This document shows, one piece after another, positions 1-7,880 of a stretch of DNA of 64,000 bases. The number at the start of each line of letters is the position of its first letter. Position 1 is the first letter of the stretch. The DNA is from Phototrophicaceae bacterium. Lineage in GTDB: Bacteria; Chloroflexota; Anaerolineae; Aggregatilineales; Phototrophicaceae. The DNA is taken from contig OZ240208.1 in assembly GCA_965197455.1 (NCBI GenBank), forward strand, positions 1,842,153-1,906,152, written 5' to 3'. Both the position numbers and the translations under genes were made by a program. The notes under the pieces were generated by a model. The model ran no database searches and was not told where the DNA came from. It saw only the letters and a list, made by a program, of their open reading frames with translations.

Positions 1-7
1 AGCACCG

Positions 8-3000
8 GTGCCAGAGCCCGCCGCAGATGAGCGCGCTGCCCGTTTTCGCGCCACTGCAGCCGAGGTGCACAGTCTGCGCCAGCGCCAGCGCGCCGGCCTG
101 ATCACGCCGGCACAGCTGCAGGCCGAGCTGCGCCGCCACATGATCGAGGATGAGGGCATCTGGTGGATGCTGGGCGTCGAGACCGACACCTGGTATCGCT
201 ACGACGAGCTCGCCGGAGGCTGGGTCATCGCGCAACCACCGGCCGGAGCGGGCATCCCCGCCGCCCCTGGCGTCGGCATCAGCGAGACGCTGGCGACGCC
301 GGAAGAGAGTCTGTCCCAAACCCTGCCGCCCGGCTTCACGCTCGACGAGGACGAATTGCCGCGCACCGACACGCCGCTTTACGACCAGGACGCGACCATC
401 CCCGGCATGGCGGCCATCAACCAGGCTACCCTGCGCCTGAGCGAAGAAGACGAGCCAGCCGGCGTGGGCGCGACAGTGACGGCCCCGCACCTGGGCGCGC
501 GCCTGGCAGCCCCCGCGAATGTACCGCCGCCGCTTCGGGGCACTGCGCGCGCTATCGCCCGCAACCTCATCCCGCAGCGCCTGTTGCTGGTGGCTATACT
601 GCTCGGCGCGGCCTTTCTGCTGCTCTTCGCGCTGACGACGCTGGTCGTCCTGTTGCGCTACAACAACATCGTCGGACGCTACGGCGCGGAGATCGACGCG
701 CTGGCGCAGGCGCAACCCGGCTTGCAGAGCCTGCGCATCCTCGACGCCGGTGGTGAGCTGCTGGCCGAGATCGACAGTGAAGACGGCCGCCGCGAGCCAC
801 GCCCGCTCGCCGACATCTCGCCCTGGCTGATCGCTGCCGTCGTCAGCGCGCAGGAGCCGCACTTCTACGGCAGTTCTGATTTCAACCTGCCACGTCTCGT
901 CAGCGACCTCTTTGGCAGCGCTCCAGGCGAGCCTGAAACGATTGCGCAGCGCCTGGCCGCGCTGACCATCAACAACGAGGGCGTCGGCGCCGATGCCCAG
1001 GCACGCCACCGCAACATCGTCGCCGCGGAGCTCGCCCGCCGCCACGACCGCAACACCATACTCGAACGCTACCTGACCGAGGTCAGCTTTGGCCCGCGCG
1101 TCTTCGGCGTGCAGGCAGCCGCGGACTTCTGGTTTGGCGTGGACGCGGCTGAGTTGCAGCCGGTGGACGCGGCGCTGCTGGCCAGCATCCTGGTCAACCC
1201 GGAAGTGACGCCGCTGGACAGCAATGCCCGTGATGCGGCCTTCGCCAACGCGGATACCCTGTTGCGCGAACTGGCGAAGCGCAACTGCCTGAACATGCAA
1301 CATCAGTCCGCCCACCCCGATTTCGCGACGCCCTTCTGCGCGCACCGTGAGCAAATCCTCGATGGACAGGGAGGCTTCAGCCCGGCCGTCAACCTGCAGC
1401 GCGCCATGCTCGGCACGCGCAGCTATGCCGCCACGGCGAGCGTATCGCGTTGGCCACACTTCACGGCCTACGTGGTCGAACAGCTGCGCGCGGAGTACGG
1501 CGAGGAGGCCTTCCGCAGCGGCGCAACCGTGCTCACCACGCTCGATCCCTTCGTCCAGCAGACCGCCGCAGACGCCCTGCGCGAGCAGCTGTTCAGCAGC
1601 GGCATCGGCCGCAATGTGCTGACCGGCGCCGTCAGCGTGGTAGACCCGGCCAGCGGCGACCTGCTCGCGCTGGCAGGCGGCGACGGCGACCCGGCTGTAA
1701 CGCTCGGCTTCCAGGCGCCGGGCGCAGCCATCATGCCCCTGCTCTACGCCGCCGCGCTGGAGGGCGTGGGCGACCGCAACAGCAATGGTCAGCTGGACTA
1801 CAACGAATATCTGACCGCGGCTTCCATCCTGTGGGACGTGTCGGGCCAGGCGCCCAACCCCTTCTTCCCGCCCCTGCCCCATGGCAATCTGACGCGCGGC
1901 CCCGTCTCCGTGCGCAGCGCGCTGGCTAACGCGCTCAACATCCCCGCCGCCAGGGTGTGGGACTTCGTGACGCAGGAGCGCTTCCTCGAAACCGCCGACC
2001 GCCTCGGCCTGCGCAGTTTCCGCAGCAGTAGCGGCGCCGGGCCGGGCGTCAGCGCCGGTGAGACCGGCGTGCGTTTAATGGAGCTGATGCAGGCCTACAG
2101 CACCCTCGCCAATTTCGGACGCTTCCAGCCCCTGCGCGCCATCCACGCGGTGACGGCGGCGGATGGCAGCGAACTGCCGCGCAAGACAGTGCCTGGCGCG
2201 GGGGACGTGCTGCAGCCGGGCGTGGCCCTGCTGCTCGGCAACCTCATGGCGGAAGACAGCGCACGCAACATCATCGGCGCGGGCAGCCCCCTCACCCTGC
2301 CGGGCCTGGAGGGCGCCATCGCCGCCATCGCGAACACCAACATTGGCGCGCGTGACCTGTGGGCCATGGGCTACAGCAACAATGCGGTGGTGGGCGTTTG
2401 GCTGGGCCGCGAGGACGACCAGCCCACCAACTCCAGCGGCCTGCAGGAGGCCGCGCCGGTCTTCAGACGCGTCATGCAGAACGTATTAATGGGGCGGCCA
2501 CAACCGACTCGCTTCGCCGGCCCGCAGGCCACGCTGGCCGCAGCGCCGGTCTGTAGTTTCACCGGCGCGGGGCCGGGCCCGGTCTGCCCCGGCGGCGCGC
2601 GCAGCGAGCTCTTCGTGCCGGGCTATCCGCCGCCACCGCCTGAGCTGGGCGTCATCCTCACCCGCACTGTCGACAGCTGGAGCGGCCTGCTGGCCAACGA
2701 GTTCTGCCTGGACAACCGACGCGACCAGACCTACCTGCGCCTGGAACCGGAGGATCCACAGGTGCTCGCCTGGCTGGGCTCACCGGCGGGCCAGGGCTTC
2801 ATGAAAGCGGCCGGGTTGACGGGACTGCCGAACAAAACCGTGCCGACCGTCTCCTGCGATGTATCCACGCGCCAGCCCGCCCTGACGCTGCTGAACCCGC
2901 CGCACAACTCCGTCGTGCAGGGCAGCATCCTCGTCACCGGCAGCGTCGCCGCGCAAAACCTGGAACGCTTCGATCTCACGCTCTTCACGCCCCAGGGCAC

Positions 3001-3187
3001 GCTCATCCAGCAGCTGGGCAGCTGGGAACAGCAACGCCCCAACCTCGAAACCCTGGTGCAGTGGAACACGGCCGTGGTGCCGGACGGCCAATACACGCTG
3101 CGCCTGACCGCCCTTGCCGTCGGCGGCGGTTACGCGCAGCGTGAAGCCTTCATCGTCATCAGCAACAGCGCGGTGGCCGGCGGCTGA
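8..3187 (+). CDS. Class A penicillin-binding-protein-like protein (GT51-like plus transpeptidase-like folds) with an N-terminal cytoplasmic extension of about 190 aa and a long C-terminal extension; catalytic motifs look degenerate
   Basis: 1059-aa ORF starting at GTG 8. The frame is open to the window edge, so the true start may lie upstream. One TM segment (LLLVAILLGAAFLLLFALTTLVVLL). GT51-like stretch: ETIAQRLA, RNTILERYLTEVSFGPRVFGVQAAADFWFG, AALLASILVNP. Transpeptidase-like stretch: VVDPASGDLLALAGG, GFQAPGAAIMPLLYAAALE, SVRSALANALNIPA, DLWAMGYSNNAVVGVWLG. Confidence 0.8.
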   Translation: MPEPAADERAARFRATAAEVHSLRQRQRAGLITPAQLQAELRRHMIEDEGIWWMLGVETDTWYRYDELAGGWVIAQPPAGAGIPAAPGVGISETLATPEESLSQTLPPGFTLDEDELPRTDTPLYDQDATIPGMAAINQATLRLSEEDEPAGVGATVTAPHLGARLAAPANVPPPLRGTARAIARNLIPQRLLLVAILLGAAFLLLFALTTLVVLLRYNNIVGRYGAEIDALAQAQPGLQSLRILDAGGELLAEIDSEDGRREPRPLADISPWLIAAVVSAQEPHFYGSSDFNLPRLVSDLFGSAPGEPETIAQRLAALTINNEGVGADAQARHRNIVAAELARRHDRNTILERYLTEVSFGPRVFGVQAAADFWFGVDAAELQPVDAALLASILVNPEVTPLDSNARDAAFANADTLLRELAKRNCLNMQHQSAHPDFATPFCAHREQILDGQGGFSPAVNLQRAMLGTRSYAATASVSRWPHFTAYVVEQLRAEYGEEAFRSGATVLTTLDPFVQQTAADALREQLFSSGIGRNVLTGAVSVVDPASGDLLALAGGDGDPAVTLGFQAPGAAIMPLLYAAALEGVGDRNSNGQLDYNEYLTAASILWDVSGQAPNPFFPPLPHGNLTRGPVSVRSALANALNIPAARVWDFVTQERFLETADRLGLRSFRSSSGAGPGVSAGETGVRLMELMQAYSTLANFGRFQPLRAIHAVTAADGSELPRKTVPGAGDVLQPGVALLLGNLMAEDSARNIIGAGSPLTLPGLEGAIAAIANTNIGARDLWAMGYSNNAVVGVWLGREDDQPTNSSGLQEAAPVFRRVMQNVLMGRPQPTRFAGPQATLAAAPVCSFTGAGPGPVCPGGARSELFVPGYPPPPPELGVILTRTVDSWSGLLANEFCLDNRRDQTYLRLEPEDPQVLAWLGSPAGQGFMKAAGLTGLPNKTVPTVSCDVSTRQPALTLLNPPHNSVVQGSILVTGSVAAQNLERFDLTLFTPQGTLIQQLGSWEQQRPNLETLVQWNTAVVPDGQYTLRLTALAVGGGYAQREAFIVISNSAVAGG

Positions 3188-3190
3188 TTT

Positions 3191-4060
3191 CTAGCAACCG
3201 GTCAGGAAGCGGGCGCCCTGCAACACGCCCAGCTGCGTGGCCTCGTCCGTGACGTTGAAGAAGTGGTCCTCAAGCTCGACGCAGATCGCGCCTTCATAGT
3301 TGTTGTCGCGCAGAATGGAGCAGACCTCGATCCAGTCGGTCACGCCGTGGCCGGGGATCGTGTAGCGCCAGTGATAGTGGCCGTAGGCGTAGGGGTCGGC
3401 GAAGGTCGCGTCCTGCTCGTGGCCGAAACGATACAGGTTCTCGGCCATGATCATGCAGTCCTTGCCATGCACGTGATACACGCGCCCGACGAACTCGCGC
3501 AGGAAGCGCAGCGGGTCAATGCCCATGCGCAGCAGATGCGAGGGGTCGTAGTTGACGCCCATGGCGGGTGAAGGAACCTCACGGAACATGGCCCCGAATG
3601 TCTCCGGCGTGCAGACCACCGAGCCCGGCCCCGGCCAGCCTTCGATGACGATATGTGAGCCGCATTCCTCAAGAGTCGGCGCCAGTTCGTTGAAGCTTTC
3701 GACTGCGTAGCCGAAGTTTTCGCTCCGCGGCAGCGAGGGGTCTTTTGGCAGCACCACGATGAAGTAATTCTTCGCGCCGTATTGGGACAGATTGCGAATG
3801 GTGTCTGCGCAGAGGGCAACGGCATCCGCGCGCTCGCCGCGGTCGGCCGAGACCAGCGGCTGGAAGACGGGCAGATCCACCGAACCGATCCTGAAGCCAG
3901 CTTCGTGCAGCGTAGCCGTGTCATCCAGGTTATAGGGTGCCAGATCGATGACGTTCAGATCGTTGGCCCTGGCCCAGGCGATCATGCCTTCCAGGTCCCG
4001 CTCCCAGGCGAATCTGACCCGCCGCCAGCCGATGGGGAAATTGCCAGTGCGTGTATTCAT
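3191..4060 (-). CDS. Sugar phosphate isomerase/epimerase (xylose-isomerase-like TIM barrel)
   Basis: 289-aa ORF. Typical family pattern: IVIEGWPG, GVNYDPSHLLRMG, VYHVHGKD, GAICVELED. Ends 3 nt from the convergent PBP-like gene. Confidence 0.75.
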   Translation of the reverse strand: MNTRTGNFPIGWRRVRFAWERDLEGMIAWARANDLNVIDLAPYNLDDTATLHEAGFRIGSVDLPVFQPLVSADRGERADAVALCADTIRNLSQYGAKNYFIVVLPKDPSLPRSENFGYAVESFNELAPTLEECGSHIVIEGWPGPGSVVCTPETFGAMFREVPSPAMGVNYDPSHLLRMGIDPLRFLREFVGRVYHVHGKDCMIMAENLYRFGHEQDATFADPYAYGHYHWRYTIPGHGVTDWIEVCSILRDNNYEGAICVELEDHFFNVTDEATQLGVLQGARFLTGC

Positions 4061-4137
4061 GGTGCTTCCTGTCCCTTCTGCACAATACAGAAATTGAATT
4101 GAGGTCGTCCACAGCCGCCGCAGTATAGCGCGTCCGC

Positions 4138-5964
4138 TCAGTCCAGGGCCTTGACGATGACCAGATAATTTAGCGGTAGCTCGCCGGCGTGGCCGCGCGC
4201 CCGGTTGCCGCCCAGCACATGCTCGCCGGGTTCACAAACCTTGCTGTAGAGTTTCAGCGCGCGCGGACTGCGCCACTCGTCGCGCAGCTCGATGCGCTCC
4301 CGGTCCAGTTGCCAGCTGCGCAGCCAGCGCGGCCGCTCCAGCACTCCGCTGTCACTGGCAACGTAGAGGCGAGCGCGCCGGGTGATGCGCAGGCGCAGAT
4401 AGTCTTCGTCGCGATTGTCGCGGTCGGCGGCGGACAGGCGCAGGGCGGGCAGTCCGCTCAGTTCGGCCGGCATGCGGTCGATGGCGAAACTGTCCTCGAG
4501 GTAGGCTGGCTCGCCTGCGCGCAGTGCATAGCGTTCACAGGTGTTGCCGCTGCTGACCGATGCGCTTTCCAGGATGACGGTGCCCGGCGTTTCATAGCGG
4601 ATGGCGCAGGGCGGCAGCGGACGCTCGGCCGTGCTGGCAATGACGGCCATGCCGCCCACCACCGAAACCAGCGGCTCCAGCTCGGTCAGGCGTTCCGCGC
4701 CGAAGCGCCGCTCCAGCATCTCCACGAAGGCCGGCACCGCCGAGGAACCGCCGGTGCGTAGCACGACGTCAATGTCCGCGGGCTGCAGGCCGGCATCCGC
4801 CACCACCTGCTGCAGACCCTCGTCCACGGCGGCCAGCTCGCGCGCGATCATACGCTCGAAACGCTCGCGCGTGATGTGCTCGCGGATCTGGATCGGCCCG
4901 TGCTCAAAGACCAGGGTGGCGTCCGGCTCGTCGGAAAGCTGGCGCTTGGTCTGCTCAATGGTGCGGAAGAGCTGGTAGCCCAGGTTGCGTGTGACCAGAG
5001 CTTCCAGCGCCTTCAGCGCCTGGGGGTTGCTGCTGCCATGCTGAAACTCGCGGATGCGCTCCAGGTTGTGTGGCCGCGAGAGGTCCGACATCGTTTGCCA
5101 GCTGGTCAGCATCTCCAGCCAGTCCGGGGGAAACAGGCGCCCGTCGCGGTCGCTTGCGCCGCGTCCGAAATGGCGGGTCAGGAAGCGCATGAGGGCGCGG
5201 TCGAGGTCATCGCCGCCGACCAGCACGCCACGGTTGGCGAGGATTTCCGGCGGCTGTGCGCCGCCCACGCGCGCCAGGGTGAGGTCCAGCGTGCCGCCGC
5301 CGAAATCGAAGACCAGGCTGGTATTGCGTGTTTCACTGCGGACATGGTGCAGCCAGGTGACGGCCAACGGCTCGGTCGCGAATCGAATGTCATTAAAGCC
5401 GGCCATCCAGGCGGCCGTGTACAGGATCTCCTCCGCCCGGGCGTCAACGCGCTCATCTTCCGCGAAGCGCACCGGACGCCCGATCACCACTTCCTCGCAG
5501 TCCGCGTCGAAGTGCTCGCGCGCGCAGTCGCGCAAGGCGCTCAGCAGCAGACAGATGAGCTGGTCGATGGTGTGGTAGCGTTCGAAGATGCGCGTGCCCG
5601 CGTACTCCGGGTTGCGCAGAATAGTCTTGATGGACTGCAGCAGGCGACCGTGCGCGGCCACATCGACCAGCGCCGCCAACTCCTGATCGTAGCGGATGGC
5701 ATCCGCGTCGCGCCCGGCCACGATGATTTCGGTCGAGCCGACGACCCGGCGCCGCCAGCGCACCGGGCGCCCGGTGTCATGTTCCAGGTAGGCGAAGGCG
5801 GCCTCGATGCCGACGGTGCTGGTTTGCTGGCGGTCGATGTAAATCAGCGAGGGCAGCACCCAGGGGTTCTCGTTGCCCGGATTGGTGCGCACGGTGATGA
5901 AGCGTCCGTCTTCGTAGAAGGCGATGGCCGAGTTGGTGGTGCCGAAGTCAATTCCCAGGCGCAT
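4138..5964 (-). CDS. Hsp70-family (YegD-like) actin-fold ATPase with a non-canonical C-terminal domain of about 160 aa
   Basis: Start set at ATG 5964 (MRLGIDFGTTNS), preceded by AGGGAG. Hsp70 nucleotide-binding motifs are present: DFGTTNS, DFGGGTLD, GGSSAVP. The C-terminal part does not resemble the DnaK substrate-binding or lid domains. Confidence 0.8.
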   Translation of the reverse strand: MRLGIDFGTTNSAIAFYEDGRFITVRTNPGNENPWVLPSLIYIDRQQTSTVGIEAAFAYLEHDTGRPVRWRRRVVGSTEIIVAGRDADAIRYDQELAALVDVAAHGRLLQSIKTILRNPEYAGTRIFERYHTIDQLICLLLSALRDCAREHFDADCEEVVIGRPVRFAEDERVDARAEEILYTAAWMAGFNDIRFATEPLAVTWLHHVRSETRNTSLVFDFGGGTLDLTLARVGGAQPPEILANRGVLVGGDDLDRALMRFLTRHFGRGASDRDGRLFPPDWLEMLTSWQTMSDLSRPHNLERIREFQHGSSNPQALKALEALVTRNLGYQLFRTIEQTKRQLSDEPDATLVFEHGPIQIREHITRERFERMIARELAAVDEGLQQVVADAGLQPADIDVVLRTGGSSAVPAFVEMLERRFGAERLTELEPLVSVVGGMAVIASTAERPLPPCAIRYETPGTVILESASVSSGNTCERYALRAGEPAYLEDSFAIDRMPAELSGLPALRLSAADRDNRDEDYLRLRITRRARLYVASDSGVLERPRWLRSWQLDRERIELRDEWRSPRALKLYSKVCEPGEHVLGGNRARGHAGELPLNYLVIVKALD

Positions 5965-6103
5965 GATGCTCCCTGATCGCGGACACGGGGCGGGCAATAC
6001 TAGCAGCGCAGGCAGGAACCTGATAGCGTGATCCCCGCTCTTCACCTGGACAATCCGGCAGTATCCGTTACTATGAAAGCATTCGCGAATTCACGACGGT
6101 CTG

Positions 6104-6358
6104 ATGGAGGTGCGCGTTGTGAGCGAGGCCGACAAGCGGGCGGAACTACGCCGAATCGTGAATGAAGCACTGCGACTCTATCACAAGGGGCAACTGAGTG
6201 AAGTGGAACTGCGTGACATCGTGGCTTACGCAATTTCACTCGAGATGTCTGAATTCATGGACCAATCCATGTCCCGGCTGGAGCAAAGCATTACTCATCT
6301 GCTTGAGCAGGGTTCGGACAGCATATTTGCGTCTCATCTTGAAGGGGTTGGTTCATGA
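6104..6358 (+). CDS. Hypothetical small protein (84 aa) inside a low-GC islet
   Basis: ORF with reduced G+C. Its stop overlaps the next start (ATGA at 6355-6358). No recognisable motif and no obvious Shine-Dalgarno sequence. Confidence 0.4.
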   Translation: MEVRVVSEADKRAELRRIVNEALRLYHKGQLSEVELRDIVAYAISLEMSEFMDQSMSRLEQSITHLLEQGSDSIFASHLEGVGS

Positions 6359-6808
6359 GCGCAAATGTAGATCCGCGTGACAATAATGACCATGAAGAAT
6401 TGTCAGACTCAGATGAAGGAGAATCGACGGCCCTCCCTGATGAAGTGTTCGGGGAGCTAATCGAGGATTTACCACCCAAGGCTCGCCGGGAGTTGGTAGC
6501 CTCAGTCCTTTCTATCCAGCAACGCTTTGGGCCTCCAACAAATCCTGTTTTCTCTAAACTCAATGAGTCGCATATTGACAAGGCGCTGGATATTGTCCAG
6601 CACGATTCAGAAAGAACTCACGAATTACGAAAGAGTAATCGTAACTATCAACTTGTATATTTTTTTTGGTGTGATCATCGTTTTGGGTGCAGCAGTGGTC
6701 TGGTTGCTGCCGAGCTATCCTGAATTTCTGGATACCATCCTGAAGATTCTACTGGGTTTTGCTGGCGGCTTCGGCGCAGGCTATGGCCTGAAATCCAAAA
6801 CAGGTTGA
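6355..6808 (+). pseudogene. DUF2335-like membrane protein split by a frameshift at a T8 homopolymer
   Basis: The frame-1 ORF 6355..6723 encodes an acidic N-terminus plus RFGPPTNPVFSKL...ERTHELRKS. The two hydrophobic helices (GVIIVLGAAVVWLL, ILLGFAGGFGAGYGL) continue in frame 2 (ORF 6527..6808). The frames switch at the T8 run 6660..6667. Confidence 0.45.
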
Positions 6809-6844
6809 GGATAGTGAGCAGGTTACATAAGCGGGGAGGCCAGC

Positions 6845-7333
6845 GTGTCGCGCGAATTCCAAAACATGGTCGCAGTATTGCTGCTGACCCTGGCCGGATT
6901 TATCGTCATCCGGCAAATCATCACGTCCGACGCCGTCGCACTCGACTGGCCGCTGCCCCTTGTTCTCACCCTGGCGGGTCTGGCGCTGGCGCTGTTTCCC
7001 GAGCGTAGCGCTACCGGGCTCAGCCCCGTACCGGCAGCGAACGGGATGTCCCGCATGCCGCAACCAGTCGGCGATGACCTGACGCTCATCAAGGGCATTG
7101 GTCCGCAGCGGGCCCGCACTCTGGCACAGGCGGGCTGCGCCAACTTCAGCGATCTGGCGCGCGTCAGTGAATCGGAGTTGGCCCACATGCTGGCGGACGT
7201 CGGAGCAGTTGCGCCCACGTCAGCCGCGCTGCGCTCCTGGATCAAACAGGCCCAAATTGCCGGCGGCGGCAACATGGCCTGGCTGCGCGAGTATCAAGCG
7301 TCCCTGACCCCTCACGGCGAGGAGTCTGCCTGA
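6845..7333 (+). CDS. Membrane protein with a helix-hairpin-helix motif
   Basis: 162-aa ORF with a GTG start. Two N-terminal hydrophobic segments, then an HhH-like DDLTLIKGIGPQRARTLAQAGCANFSDLA. Confidence 0.6.
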   Translation: MSREFQNMVAVLLLTLAGFIVIRQIITSDAVALDWPLPLVLTLAGLALALFPERSATGLSPVPAANGMSRMPQPVGDDLTLIKGIGPQRARTLAQAGCANFSDLARVSESELAHMLADVGAVAPTSAALRSWIKQAQIAGGGNMAWLREYQASLTPHGEESA

Positions 7334-7451
7334 GTTCAGGCGGACTCGTACCAGTTCCTTCGTAACTTCAACCCCATCAGGCAACAATTTACTGTCTGGA
7401 CTCCTGCCAGTGCGCTGGACGCCGGTCACTGTCTGCGGCTTGCAGTGGCTC

Positions 7452-7850
7452 TCAGCCTTGTGCGCCGGGTTCGCAGAACTTGTAGAGGTTGCCGTCCGCA
7501 TCCAGCACGGCGAACTCCAGGCCCCAGGGCTGTTGCGCCAGCGGGCCGTTGGGGTGGATCACGCCCTGCGCCTGATACTCGGCATATAGCGTCCGCACAT
7601 CGCTGACGTAGACATAGCAGCTGGTGTTCTGCGCGATGTAGCGGTCGTTACACAGCCAGTAGTGTACGCTGATATCGTCGCGACTGAAGATAACGTAGTC
7701 GTCATGTTGAGTGTTGGTGGTTAAGCCCAGGCGTCGCTCGCAAAAGGCGACGGTGCGCTCAATATCCAGCGACGCGAGCACTGCGGCAACCTTGTTCAGG
7801 CGGGTGGTCAAACTATCTCCTGACACCGGGACACAAGACATTGCGGTCAA
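7452..7850 (-). CDS. Bleomycin-resistance/glyoxalase (VOC) family protein
   Basis: 132-aa ORF. Layout resembles bleomycin-binding proteins: FCERRLGL, DISVHYW, NTSCYVYVSDV, PWGLEFAVLDADGNLYKF. Start codon uncertain. Confidence 0.7.
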   Translation of the reverse strand: MTAMSCVPVSGDSLTTRLNKVAAVLASLDIERTVAFCERRLGLTTNTQHDDYVIFSRDDISVHYWLCNDRYIAQNTSCYVYVSDVRTLYAEYQAQGVIHPNGPLAQQPWGLEFAVLDADGNLYKFCEPGAQG

Positions 7851-7880
7851 CCCGGGAGCCGTGGTGTGTCAGGCGGGTGC

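Noticed and set aside
6084-6859. 9-nt exact direct repeat cgcgaattc (6084-6092 and 6851-6859) flanking the low-GC islet, as a possible target-site duplication
   Set aside because: It is too short to distinguish from chance in this window. The right copy lies inside the start of the HhH membrane gene. I kept it only as a note.
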